The notes under the pieces are model-generated. The model worked only from the letters and a program-made list of their open reading frames with translations. It was not told where the DNA came from and did no database searches. Below are positions 9,969 through 19,565 of a DNA stretch of 64,000 bases, piece after piece (positions within the stretch are counted from its first letter, which is position 1; each line of letters opens with the position of its first letter). Source of the stretch: an uncultured Bacteroidota bacterium. Its GTDB lineage: Bacteria; CLD3; SB21; JBBIRG01. Both the position numbers and the translations under genes were made by a program. Location: positions 135,222-199,221 of the forward strand of contig CAYPIY010000006.1 of NCBI GenBank assembly GCA_964410965.1, written 5' to 3'.

Positions 9969-10645
9969 ATGTTGTGAGATGCTAAAAATTCCGCTGGTTT
10001 TTCGGGAACAGGCGTCATTTTAATGTATTTTCCATCATTAATGTAGAGCAAGGCATGACAAAGATTTTGTGCATGAGACTGATCATGATCCGTTAAGATA
10101 ATGTTAATTCCCGTTTCATGCAAGTTTTTAAGGTAATCGTCAAGAAAAGCGGTTTGTACCGCGTCAAGGCCTGTAAACGGTTCATCCAGGATCAGCACTT
10201 TAGGGCTGTGAAGCACGGCGCGGGCGATAGTAACCCGCTGTTGCTGGCCCCTGGACAATTCACGAATGGTGCATCGCGCGATATCATCCAGCTGAAACAC
10301 CCTGACAATTTCGGTCGTTCGTCTTTCAAGGTTCGGGACTCTGTATATGGAAGCAAAATACTGAAGATTCTGAAGAACGGAAAGATCGCTATAAAGCAAA
10401 AGCTGATGAGACACATAACCGATCAGATCTCGGCTGATTCCGGTCCGGCCATAAAAGAAAATCCGGCCGGATGTAGGCTTCAGGACGGAGGCAAGTAGCT
10501 TGAGTAAAGTGGTTTTTCCGGATCCATTAGAACCGATTACCGCAATGAAACAATGGTCCGGGATCATTAACGATATGTCATCGATTGCAGGCGTTCGGCC
10601 ATATCGTTTACTGACATTCTCAAGTTGAAAGGTATATAAAGACAT
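9965..10645 (-). CDS. ABC transporter ATP-binding protein, CcmA-like (short, single NBD)
   Basis: Walker A (GSNGSGKTT), ABC signature (LSRGQQQRV) and Walker B (LILDEP). 226 aa, typical of CcmA-type exporters. Sits in an operon with a CcmF-like gene. Confidence 0.7.
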   Translation of the reverse strand: MSLYTFQLENVSKRYGRTPAIDDISLMIPDHCFIAVIGSNGSGKTTLLKLLASVLKPTSGRIFFYGRTGISRDLIGYVSHQLLLYSDLSVLQNLQYFASIYRVPNLERRTTEIVRVFQLDDIARCTIRELSRGQQQRVTIARAVLHSPKVLILDEPFTGLDAVQTAFLDDYLKNLHETGINIILTDHDQSHAQNLCHALLYINDGKYIKMTPVPEKPAEFLASHNI

Positions 10646-10663
10646 TAGTTTTGTGACGATAGA

Positions 10664-11677
10664 TTATTTTTGTCGTTTCGATACTTGTTTCTTTGAAAGA
10701 TTCGATATTAAATAAAGAAAAACCGCAACAACCAGAAATATTGCAGCCAGAACTAAAAGACTGTTTTTCTGGATTACGTTGTCATCCCGGATGATTTTAC
10801 TGTTCCCGGATTCATTCGATATCTTAGATGCGTTGATTTCAAACCCGACGCTTTCAGATTTGTAAACCATCTTTTTCCGGTACAACTGATAATTTTTTTT
10901 CTTCAATCCTTCATCTTCAATGAAATCCCAATCTCCGCCTGAAATAACTGCGTCAGACGGATGAATAATGAGATTGCAGTTCTCAATCGGGTAGTGCCAG
11001 TGATGTTTTATACTAACCACAGTGGTGCTAAGTTCCATGAAATACTTTATGACAAGCCTTGAAACACCTGGACGGAAAGGATAATTTACTCTGAAGTTAT
11101 CGCCGCTCTTAACGGGTTTAAGTATCTCACGAATTGACTCTGCGGGGTGTTCGCCGGTTGTTTCAATCAGTGACGTTCCTGACGGGAGATAGAAAAGGAA
11201 ATCCGGTATCGAATCAGATCCGGAAATCACTGTCCGCGTTCCCGGATTGTTGACCTCAATTGTTTCTTCAAACAAGATATCATTCGGATGAATAAAAACA
11301 AACCAGTGAGTTACAGAATATTTTAGGTTTGTATTATCCTCCTGTGAATTATAAACGATCATGGTTGTGTCGATCCGAATTGGTTTACGTATCCATATCG
11401 GCAATGAATAGCTTATACTTTCCCGCATGATTCTGATGAAATATGGATTCTGATCCGTTACATGCACATTTTCAAATGTAACAACAGGCAGAACAGGCTT
11501 TTCGGAAATCAGGCTCATTTTTTCATTAAAATGATACAGCTGAATTTTACCTCCGGTTACGGGCGCTTTATCGGTTTCGTTGAAAATATTGATTTGTAGT
11601 GATGCCGTACTTTGGGAATAGCATGGAAAAAAACCAATTAACAAAAAAAGCATCAAAACATTTAGGGTGTTAAACAT
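10664..11677 (-). CDS. Hypothetical exported protein with C-terminal membrane anchor, embedded in ccm-like operon
   Basis: N-terminal signal peptide and C-terminal TM helix (LLVLAAIFLVVAVFLYLI) followed by a basic tail. No recognisable motif (no CxxCH, no CcmE or CcmH signature). Its start overlaps the end of the CcmF-like gene by 8 nt. Confidence 0.5.
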   Translation of the reverse strand: MFNTLNVLMLFLLIGFFPCYSQSTASLQINIFNETDKAPVTGGKIQLYHFNEKMSLISEKPVLPVVTFENVHVTDQNPYFIRIMRESISYSLPIWIRKPIRIDTTMIVYNSQEDNTNLKYSVTHWFVFIHPNDILFEETIEVNNPGTRTVISGSDSIPDFLFYLPSGTSLIETTGEHPAESIREILKPVKSGDNFRVNYPFRPGVSRLVIKYFMELSTTVVSIKHHWHYPIENCNLIIHPSDAVISGGDWDFIEDEGLKKKNYQLYRKKMVYKSESVGFEINASKISNESGNSKIIRDDNVIQKNSLLVLAAIFLVVAVFLYLISNLSKKQVSKRQK

Positions 11678-13649
11678 GTTTATATCCGTTCATTTCAGAA
11701 GCTTTTACGGGTTTATAAAAAAATGAAAAAAATCCGCCCGAAATGATCAGAAGACAGCCGGCCCAGATCCACCAAACCAGGGGATTAAAATAAATCAGGA
11801 ATTGCCCGGTGTGAGTGGATTCATCATATCTGGACAATACTGCATAAATGTCCCGGTTCAGACCTGAACAGATAGCTACTTCGGACGAGTTCTGTTGACT
11901 TGAATAATAATAACGGAATTCGGGGGATAAAATGGTTATTGTGTCATGATTCGCAGTTACCGGTATCACACCGGTAATCGATTCGTACAGCATGTTTTTT
12001 TCATGGCGAAATCCATCGATAGTAAAGTGCAGATTATCATGTTCAAAGACCTGGCCAGGATGTCCTTCCAGTAATAGGGATCGATTTAGGGCTGATCCCA
12101 TTATGCCGAGGCAAATGAAGAGTAATCCCAAATGAGATAAAAAAGCTCCGGCGATATGTTTTTTAAATTGAAAAAAAAATCCTTTTTCTGCTTTTATTTT
12201 CAGGACTTGGGAAAATAAAAAATACAAATTTACCAGTATTGAGAGACCTGCCAGAGTCATTAATCCGGAAAAAAAAGCGATAAACAGATGATCAGTAAAT
12301 AAATACATTATATAGGTTGAACAAATATAAATTGCGGTACAAATTAACATTAAAATCAGTTTTTTTATTTGCAAAAGTTTGTATGTTTTTATGAAACAAG
12401 AAAGTGTAATGGTCATCAATATTAAAATACCAATAAAACGAACCAGTCTGTTGTAATACGAGGTTTCCAGTATGATCACCTTTCCCGCGATTCCTTCTGC
12501 CAGTGCCGGGAAAAGCGTTCCGACCAGAACAGCTATTGTGAATACGATAAGGATTATTGTCAGGAGGACAATCATGCTTTCGTCCGAATAAAAGTCTGTA
12601 ACCGGTTTTCGGTCGGCAAGATCGGAACGACGGTAAAAAAACAATATCAGAAAAGAAAATGCAATTAATGAAAGAAAGATTACAAAATAAATGCCCACCC
12701 CGCTTTTAGAGAAAGCGTGAACACTATTGATTAGGCCCGATCTGGTAATAAATGTACCCAGAATGCAGAAAAAATAAAAAGTCGCCGCCAGGATCAGATT
12801 CGTCTTTTTGAACAGGCCTCGCCGAAGTTGAATCAGCATTGTATGAATCAAAGCCGTTGCGATCAGCCATGGCATAAGGGATGCATTCTCAACCGGGTCC
12901 CACGCCCAGTATCCTCCCCAGCCAAGTTCTGCATAAGCCCACCAGGAACCCAGGGCGATTCCGGCCGTGAGAAAAAGCCAAGAAAATAACAACCACCGCC
13001 GGGACAGTTCAGTATTGCAGTCACTGTTATCCATCCGCCAGAGGTATGAGACAGCGATTGCGAAAGGAATGACGCTTCCTATGTATCCGATAAAAAGCAT
13101 TGGAGGGTGAATAATCATTGCCGGGTGATGAAGAAGCGGATTCAGTCCATTTCCGTCGAAAGGTGTGTATGGCATCGGCCCTCCCGGCGTTTCAATCACC
13201 AGTACCTTAAAAGGGTTGACTGCCCAAATATTCATCGCAAGAAAAAAAAGCTGAGTCAACATCAGGATCATACAGACCGGTTCCTGCAGCATGGGATGCT
13301 TTTTTGAGAATCTAAATGCGAAAACGGCATTCAAAGCAATCAGAATGAAAGACCATAACAACAGAGAACCGCTTTGGCCTGCCCATAGTGCCGAAATTTT
13401 GTACACCCAGTGAAGATCACGGCTGGTATAGGATGCAACATAATCAACATGCATATCGCCCGTCAGAAGCAGATATAACAAGCATATCATCGCAATGCTA
13501 ATTGAGACCAGCATGAGTCCAGTCATGAAACGTCCTGCCGGATTCAATTTACCGAGGCCAACTTTTTTACCCCAGACACGGATAAAAACGGCCGTTAGGG
13601 TCAGGGCGAAAGTCAGAATAAGAAAAAAATTACCGGTTGATTCCATCAC
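11670..13649 (-). CDS. ccmF: Cytochrome c-type biogenesis protein CcmF (haem lyase, WWD-domain family)
   Basis: 659 aa polytopic membrane protein. Tryptophan-rich WWD motif (WAYAELGWGGYWAWDPVENASLMPWL) closely matches CcmF/NrfE. Confidence 0.8.
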   Translation of the reverse strand: MMESTGNFFLILTFALTLTAVFIRVWGKKVGLGKLNPAGRFMTGLMLVSISIAMICLLYLLLTGDMHVDYVASYTSRDLHWVYKISALWAGQSGSLLLWSFILIALNAVFAFRFSKKHPMLQEPVCMILMLTQLFFLAMNIWAVNPFKVLVIETPGGPMPYTPFDGNGLNPLLHHPAMIIHPPMLFIGYIGSVIPFAIAVSYLWRMDNSDCNTELSRRWLLFSWLFLTAGIALGSWWAYAELGWGGYWAWDPVENASLMPWLIATALIHTMLIQLRRGLFKKTNLILAATFYFFCILGTFITRSGLINSVHAFSKSGVGIYFVIFLSLIAFSFLILFFYRRSDLADRKPVTDFYSDESMIVLLTIILIVFTIAVLVGTLFPALAEGIAGKVIILETSYYNRLVRFIGILILMTITLSCFIKTYKLLQIKKLILMLICTAIYICSTYIMYLFTDHLFIAFFSGLMTLAGLSILVNLYFLFSQVLKIKAEKGFFFQFKKHIAGAFLSHLGLLFICLGIMGSALNRSLLLEGHPGQVFEHDNLHFTIDGFRHEKNMLYESITGVIPVTANHDTITILSPEFRYYYSSQQNSSEVAICSGLNRDIYAVLSRYDESTHTGQFLIYFNPLVWWIWAGCLLIISGGFFSFFYKPVKASEMNGYKHV

Positions 13650-13776
13650 GTGTTCTGCCTGATGAGTTTATCCCTGAGCCTATACCATTCGTTAATTCCG
13701 GTGCAGGATAATCAGCAAATGATTACCGGTGTTCAAAAAAGCATAGTCAGGGGGAAAAAAGACAAGTCTTGCTGGT

Positions 13777-14142
13777 TTAGGAGTTGGTAGTTTTTGCAAG
13801 GACTTTTTCAATCGTGGATTTGAGTTCGTTGAAATCCGATGATTTTACGATATAAGCCTCTGCTGCCCAGCTCATGAAATCATTTTTGTAATGAGAAAAA
13901 GCGGAGTTGATAATGACTGGCACGGATTGCCGGTTATCCAGCATGCGTGTGATAAATTCAAGCCCGTCACCTTCCGCCATCTGAATGTCCAGCACAATAA
14001 GATCCGGTTTAATCTGTTCCAGATTCTTCAAAGCGACTCTGCCGTTTGCGGCACATATCACTTCATGCCCCATACTCTCAATTTCCACACGATATAATAA
14101 TTGCAGATTCGGTTCATCCTCAATGAGAAATATTTTCGCCAT
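13777..14142 (-). CDS. Stand-alone response-regulator receiver (CheY-like) protein
   Basis: 121 aa. Acidic pocket and phospho-acceptor Asp (LIVLDIQMAEGDGLEF), conserved Thr/Lys downstream. No output domain. Confidence 0.8.
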   Translation of the reverse strand: MAKIFLIEDEPNLQLLYRVEIESMGHEVICAANGRVALKNLEQIKPDLIVLDIQMAEGDGLEFITRMLDNRQSVPVIINSAFSHYKNDFMSWAAEAYIVKSSDFNELKSTIEKVLAKTTNS

Positions 14143-14323
14143 AGCGTATCCTATTGTCGTTAAAGTGACATACTAAAATATAATAAATATTTTTTCTTCA
14201 TCATACAATATTTAAGTTAAAAAAATGTTATTAAATATTTTAGCATGAGAATCGTTTTTACTTGTTTTTATGGACATTCGTTTTTAATTTATCCCTGTCA
14301 TATTTCATTCGAACGCAAATCAT

Positions 14324-17300
14324 GTGAAATACTATATTCAATTTTCCATTTATTTCGGGTTCCTGATCCTGCCTGTTTTGCTTTTCTCACAGCAAAAAGA
14401 TATGCCATTTGACAGATTATCCCTGAGCCACGGATTGTCCCAGAGTTCAGTATCCTGCATTGCGCAAGACCCGCAGGGATTTCTCTGGTTCGGCACACAG
14501 GACGGATTAAACCGTTATGACGGTTATCAGTTTTATGTCTTTAAGCATGATCTCACCGATACGCAAACGATATCCAATAATTGGATCAATACGATTCTTT
14601 TTGACAAAACGGGTGTCCTATGGGTTGGAACCCAAAACGGCGGGCTTAACCGCATTGATGCTGATCTGCAGTTTAACCTTCGCGTCACTCGCTTCAGATC
14701 TCTTACCGGAAAAACCGTGCCGGATAATGTTATGGCTCTCTACGAAGACAAAAACGGAATGATATGGTGCGGTATGCGTTCCGGAGGATTGGTGACCATC
14801 GATCCTCAGTCACTAAAAATAAGCCAGATCCCGCAAACCAAGAGTTTCCAGAAAAACGGGCTGGAATATGATCTTCTTCCAGATCACAGAATCCAAGCGA
14901 TTTTTGAGGATAAGGACGGGTTCCTCTGGCTGGGATCCTCGAATCAGGGATTGATGCGGTACGACCCATCCAAGAAAAAATACAAGCACTATTTACATGA
15001 TGCTCATAGTTCAAATTCACTTTCCCATAACGAAGTTAAAGTCATCAATCAGGATCATACGGGAATTATATGGATTGGAACATTGGGCGGAGGAGTTACG
15101 CTTTTTGACCCTAAAACTGAAAGGTTTTATCCCTTTTCATCAAAATATCATTCGGTAAATGACACAAAGTTATTATTCATTTGGTCCATTCACCGGGATC
15201 CGCAGAACCGGATGTGGATCGGTTATTTATCGGAGGGTCTGGATTGCATTCCGGATGTTTCAGGAAAAGATGTAATCAATTACCGTAACGACAAATCCAA
15301 TCCCCGAAGCATCAGTGATAATTATGTTATGTCGGTATATACTGATCGAGGCGGAACATTCTGGGTGGGAACAGGCGGAGGAGGTCTCAACAAATATAAT
15401 CCGTATAACATCAAATTCAAGCATTATCATAATCAGCTGCATACATCGAACTCTTTAAATAATAATTTTGTATGGACAATAAGTGAAGATCATCAGGGTT
15501 TGATATGGATAGGAACCAAAGAGGGATTAAATCGGTTTGATCCGGGGACGGAATCATTTGAGGTCTATCCGCAAAAAAATTCAAAAAGCTCATTGAATTC
15601 CGCTCAGATATGGTCGATTATGGAGGATCAGGATCACCATCTATGGGTAGGGACCGGCGGAAACGGACTGATCAGATTAGGCAGGGACCGCGGTGTCCTT
15701 AAAGAATATCAAGCCATGCAGGATGACCATCTGCAGACAAGAGGAAGCAGGGTATCCCTTCAGAAAAGACCAAACGATAATTTCATCTGGTGCCTTCTTG
15801 AGGAGGACCCCGGAATCATCTGGACAGGTACAGCCCGAGGGGGCATCAATGTGCTTGATGTAAAAAACGAACTATGGAGTTATTACCGGCATGATCCTTC
15901 CGATTCATCAAGTCTAGGCGCTGATTATGTCAGAGTAATGTATAAGGATCTCCGCGGACAAATATGGATCGGCACTAAGGGGGGAGGGCTGAACCGCTGG
16001 ATTCCGCACCGGAAAAGCTTTGAACGCTGGGTCCATGAGACGAATGATACCGGTTCGATCAGCCATAATGACGTTCTGTGCATTGCTGAGGATCTGAAAG
16101 GTCAGTTGTGGATTGGCACAACGGAAGGTCTGAATTTATATAACCAGGCCCGTAATTCGTTTGTGCGTTATACTACAGCAGAAGGCCTTCCGGATGCAAA
16201 CATATACGGGGTCCTTCCGGATGCGTCCGGCTTTCTGTGGCTGAGTACAAATAAAGGTATAATTCGTCTGGATATATCGAATTCAGAAAAAGAGAACGGA
16301 AAAATACCGGCTGAACGAATTCGTTTATATGATGTTAGCGATGGTGTTCAACAGCTTGAATTCAACAGCGGCGCTTATCTCCGGAGTCATGATGGTAATT
16401 TTTATTTCGGCGGTATAAACGGCTTCAATTGTTTCAAACCCGGTGAAATCAGAAATAACCCATATATTCCACCTGTTGTGCTAAGCGCGTTTACTCACCA
16501 AAACGTCCATTACCGTAATCCGGGAAAAGATTTTTTCAGGGAAATCCGTTTATCTCATAAAGACAGGTTCATCGCGTTCGAATTTTCAGCATTGGACTTT
16601 GCCGCACCGGAAAAAAATCATTACATGTACCAGCTTCAGGGCTTTGATAAAGACTGGATCTTTGCGGGCAACCGCAGGTTCGTCAATTATACCAATCTGG
16701 ATCCAGGCGATTATATTTTCAGGGTCAAAGGATCAAACAGTGACGGATTATGGAATAAAGAATATCTTCAGATTCCGGTCATGATTTCTCCGCCGTTCTG
16801 GAAAACAGGCTGGTTTGTGTTTTTGTCTATTCTTTTGCTGACCGGACTGGTTTTTTCAATATACTATTATCAGGTACGGTCGGTTGAAAAAAGGAACATG
16901 ATACTCAAACAGACCATTGCCGAACGGACTTCCGAACTTACCGATTACGCGAAGAAGCTGGAACAGGCCAATGAGGCCCTTCAGCAGGCAAACCGGCAGA
17001 TCACGGAATCCAATGAGGCTCTTGTGGTCGCTAACCGGCAGATCACAATCGCCAACCAGATGAAATCGAAGTTTCTAGCCAACATGAGCCATGAACTGCG
17101 GACACCCCTGAACGCAATTATAGGGTTTTCGGATATCATTTTACAGAAAACTCTGGGCGGACTTACGAATGAACAGGAAGACGCAGTCAAAGCCGTTCTG
17201 GAGAGCGGTAAAAATCTTCTGCGTCTTATCAATGATATTCTTGACTTGTCCAAGATAGAAGCCGGAAAGATGGAACTGAACCGATCGGACGTCAGCCTGC

Positions 17301-18232
17301 AGGAAATTGTTTTATCGGCCCGAAATGTTGTTGCCCCGCTGCTCAAAAAGAAAAGACAGACCGTTCAGGTTCTGATATCCGACCGCGTACCCGAACTATA
17401 TGTGGATGAGACCAAGATCAAGCAGGTTCTGCTGAACCTTCTGAGCAATGCCAACAAATTCTCTCCCGAAGATGGAAAAATCGTGATTGCCGCCGATGTC
17501 GTGCTTCACGAGGACGGGTCTTGCGATGAACTCGATCTCCGGGTTATCGATAATGGCTGTGGTATACCGGCCGATGAACTGGAACTGGTTTTCCAGGAGT
17601 TCCGTCAGTCTTCGATAAGCCAGTCAGCAAATTACCCGAAAGGTACGGGCTTAGGGCTTACGCTTTCCAGAAAAATCATAGAAATGCACCATGGAAGTCT
17701 CCGGGCCGAGAGCGACGGTATCAGCGGAAGTACATTCATTGTCCGTCTGCCTCTGAAGGAAAAAATCATCAGGGAGAAATTACCCGTCAAATTTCAGACC
17801 CAGAAAAAAACTCCCTCAGTCCTTATTATCGAAGACGATGCCAATGCTCTCAAACTGCTTGAATTTTACCTTGAAGGTCAGGGCTATATGATCATCAAGG
17901 CCATGACAGCCGAAGAAGGCATCCGGCTGGCAAGGGATTTCAAGCCGACGGTTATTACGCTCGATGTAATGCTGCCAGACAAAAGCGGATGGGAAGTACT
18001 TGAAACGCTGAAAACAAACCCTGAGACGATCCATATACCGGTCATTTTAATAACAGCTTTTGAAGACCGCAACCTTGGATACCGGCTGAACGCAAGCCGA
18101 TATTTTGTAAAACCCATTGACCGGCAGGAATTGCTGGAATCCATTTCCAAATTATCTAGAGGAGATGAAGAACTCCGTCCCGTACACAAAGACGAATTTA
18201 TTAAAGAATTAAAAAACATTTCGAACCTATAA
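14324..18232 (+). CDS. Hybrid sensor histidine kinase with periplasmic two-component-regulator-propeller (Reg_prop) repeats + Y_Y_Y domain, TM, coiled coil, HisKA, HATPase_c and C-terminal receiver
   Basis: 1302 aa. Repeated WxGT/WIGT propeller blades. TM helix at ~aa 830. H-box (MSHELRTPLNAI), N/G boxes. Receiver with acceptor Asp (ITLDVMLPDKSGWE). No AraC HTH. Confidence 0.85.
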   Translation: MKYYIQFSIYFGFLILPVLLFSQQKDMPFDRLSLSHGLSQSSVSCIAQDPQGFLWFGTQDGLNRYDGYQFYVFKHDLTDTQTISNNWINTILFDKTGVLWVGTQNGGLNRIDADLQFNLRVTRFRSLTGKTVPDNVMALYEDKNGMIWCGMRSGGLVTIDPQSLKISQIPQTKSFQKNGLEYDLLPDHRIQAIFEDKDGFLWLGSSNQGLMRYDPSKKKYKHYLHDAHSSNSLSHNEVKVINQDHTGIIWIGTLGGGVTLFDPKTERFYPFSSKYHSVNDTKLLFIWSIHRDPQNRMWIGYLSEGLDCIPDVSGKDVINYRNDKSNPRSISDNYVMSVYTDRGGTFWVGTGGGGLNKYNPYNIKFKHYHNQLHTSNSLNNNFVWTISEDHQGLIWIGTKEGLNRFDPGTESFEVYPQKNSKSSLNSAQIWSIMEDQDHHLWVGTGGNGLIRLGRDRGVLKEYQAMQDDHLQTRGSRVSLQKRPNDNFIWCLLEEDPGIIWTGTARGGINVLDVKNELWSYYRHDPSDSSSLGADYVRVMYKDLRGQIWIGTKGGGLNRWIPHRKSFERWVHETNDTGSISHNDVLCIAEDLKGQLWIGTTEGLNLYNQARNSFVRYTTAEGLPDANIYGVLPDASGFLWLSTNKGIIRLDISNSEKENGKIPAERIRLYDVSDGVQQLEFNSGAYLRSHDGNFYFGGINGFNCFKPGEIRNNPYIPPVVLSAFTHQNVHYRNPGKDFFREIRLSHKDRFIAFEFSALDFAAPEKNHYMYQLQGFDKDWIFAGNRRFVNYTNLDPGDYIFRVKGSNSDGLWNKEYLQIPVMISPPFWKTGWFVFLSILLLTGLVFSIYYYQVRSVEKRNMILKQTIAERTSELTDYAKKLEQANEALQQANRQITESNEALVVANRQITIANQMKSKFLANMSHELRTPLNAIIGFSDIILQKTLGGLTNEQEDAVKAVLESGKNLLRLINDILDLSKIEAGKMELNRSDVSLQEIVLSARNVVAPLLKKKRQTVQVLISDRVPELYVDETKIKQVLLNLLSNANKFSPEDGKIVIAADVVLHEDGSCDELDLRVIDNGCGIPADELELVFQEFRQSSISQSANYPKGTGLGLTLSRKIIEMHHGSLRAESDGISGSTFIVRLPLKEKIIREKLPVKFQTQKKTPSVLIIEDDANALKLLEFYLEGQGYMIIKAMTAEEGIRLARDFKPTVITLDVMLPDKSGWEVLETLKTNPETIHIPVILITAFEDRNLGYRLNASRYFVKPIDRQELLESISKLSRGDEELRPVHKDEFIKELKNISNL
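16969..17052 (+). repeat. Imperfect tandem 42-nt repeat inside the kinase coiled-coil linker
   Basis: aatgaggcccttcagcaggcaaaccggcagatcac / aatgaggctcttgtggtcgctaaccggcagatcac, encoding NEALQQANRQITES / NEALVVANRQITIA. Confidence 0.6.
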
Positions 18233-18246
18233 TTGTCCTTAGTAAG

Positions 18247-19542
18247 ATGTACAGTTCTTTGATTTACAGATTGACTTTTCTTATTTGCCTGCTATCCGGT
18301 CCCGCTCTCTCCCAAAACCTGATATACAGGATGACGCTGGATGGGGTTATTAATCCTGCCTCCGCTGAATTCATCCAGTCCGGCATCGAAAAAGCCAACG
18401 CTGACAATGCCCAGTGCCTGGTCATCGAAATGGATACTCCCGGCGGTCTTATGAAATCGATGAACATAATCATAAAATCTATTTTAAGTTCAGACGTGCC
18501 GGTTGTCGTTTATGTATCCCCGTCCGGATCCCATTGCGCCTCGGCGGGAGTTTTCATCATGATGGCTGCGCATATCGCAGCGATGACCCCGGGCACGAAT
18601 ATCGGGGCAGCACATCCGGTCCATCTCGGGGGAGGTGTTCAGGACAGCACATCGAAAGATATGATGGAAAAAGTCACAAATGATGCCGTATCTTTTATAC
18701 GAAGCCTTGCTGAAAAAAACAAGCGGAACGCCGACTGGGCTGAGGACGCTGTCCGAAACAGCGTGTCCGTAACGGAATCAAAAGCCGCTGAACTCCATGT
18801 TATCGATCTGATCGCATGGAATTTTGACAGTCTGCTCATTAAAATTCACCTGAAGCAGGTCGAAACTCTTTCTGGGAAAAAAGTGATTCATACCAGCCAG
18901 CCGGTAGTGGAAATCATCGAGCGGTCCTGGAGACTCGGATTTCTTGATATTCTCAGCGATCCGAACATCGCCTACATACTCATGATGCTCGGTATTTATG
19001 GTTTATTTTTTGAATTGTACAATCCAGGAGCGGTCGTTCCCGGCGTGATCGGCGGAATATGCCTGATTCTGGCTTTTTATTCATTTCAAACCCTGCCCAT
19101 CAATTATGCGGGTTTGGCTCTGATCGTTTTTGCGGTCATTCTCTTTCTGCTCGAAATCAAGGTAACCAGCTATGGGGTATTGTCGATCGGAGGGACGGTT
19201 GCATTGTTGCTGGGATCTGTGATGCTATTTGATTCTGCGGAAGATATGGAAAGATTATCATTCAGCGTCATCATTCCGGTCGTTCTCATCACGCTGTTGT
19301 TTTTCGGTTTGATTGTCGGATACGGCATCAGGGCACAGAAAAGGAAAGTTACGACCGGCAAGGAATCCATGACAGGTAAAACGGGAAAAGCAATGGACTC
19401 ATTCAGACCCGGGGAAACGGGTAAAATATGGGTTCACGGCGAAATATGGAAAGCGGTCTGCGATGAAACTGTTCAAAAAGATGATTCGGTTTTTGTCGTG
19501 GAGATGAAAGATTTTACGTTAATAATCAAAACCAATAAGTAA
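18247..19542 (+). CDS. NfeD-family membrane-bound ClpP-class serine protease (stomatin-operon partner protein type)
   Basis: N-terminal ClpP-like protease domain (LVIEMDTPGG, GSHCASAG), multi-TM middle and C-terminal OB-fold-like domain. Confidence 0.75.
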   Translation: MYSSLIYRLTFLICLLSGPALSQNLIYRMTLDGVINPASAEFIQSGIEKANADNAQCLVIEMDTPGGLMKSMNIIIKSILSSDVPVVVYVSPSGSHCASAGVFIMMAAHIAAMTPGTNIGAAHPVHLGGGVQDSTSKDMMEKVTNDAVSFIRSLAEKNKRNADWAEDAVRNSVSVTESKAAELHVIDLIAWNFDSLLIKIHLKQVETLSGKKVIHTSQPVVEIIERSWRLGFLDILSDPNIAYILMMLGIYGLFFELYNPGAVVPGVIGGICLILAFYSFQTLPINYAGLALIVFAVILFLLEIKVTSYGVLSIGGTVALLLGSVMLFDSAEDMERLSFSVIIPVVLITLLFFGLIVGYGIRAQKRKVTTGKESMTGKTGKAMDSFRPGETGKIWVHGEIWKAVCDETVQKDDSVFVVEMKDFTLIIKTNK

Positions 19543-19565
19543 ATTATTTCATAATGGGGTAAAAA

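Noticed and set aside
9965-13649. Calling a complete system-I cytochrome c maturation locus (ccmABCDEFH)
   Set aside because: Only CcmF-like and CcmA-like genes are identifiable. The intervening and flanking genes have no Ccm signatures.
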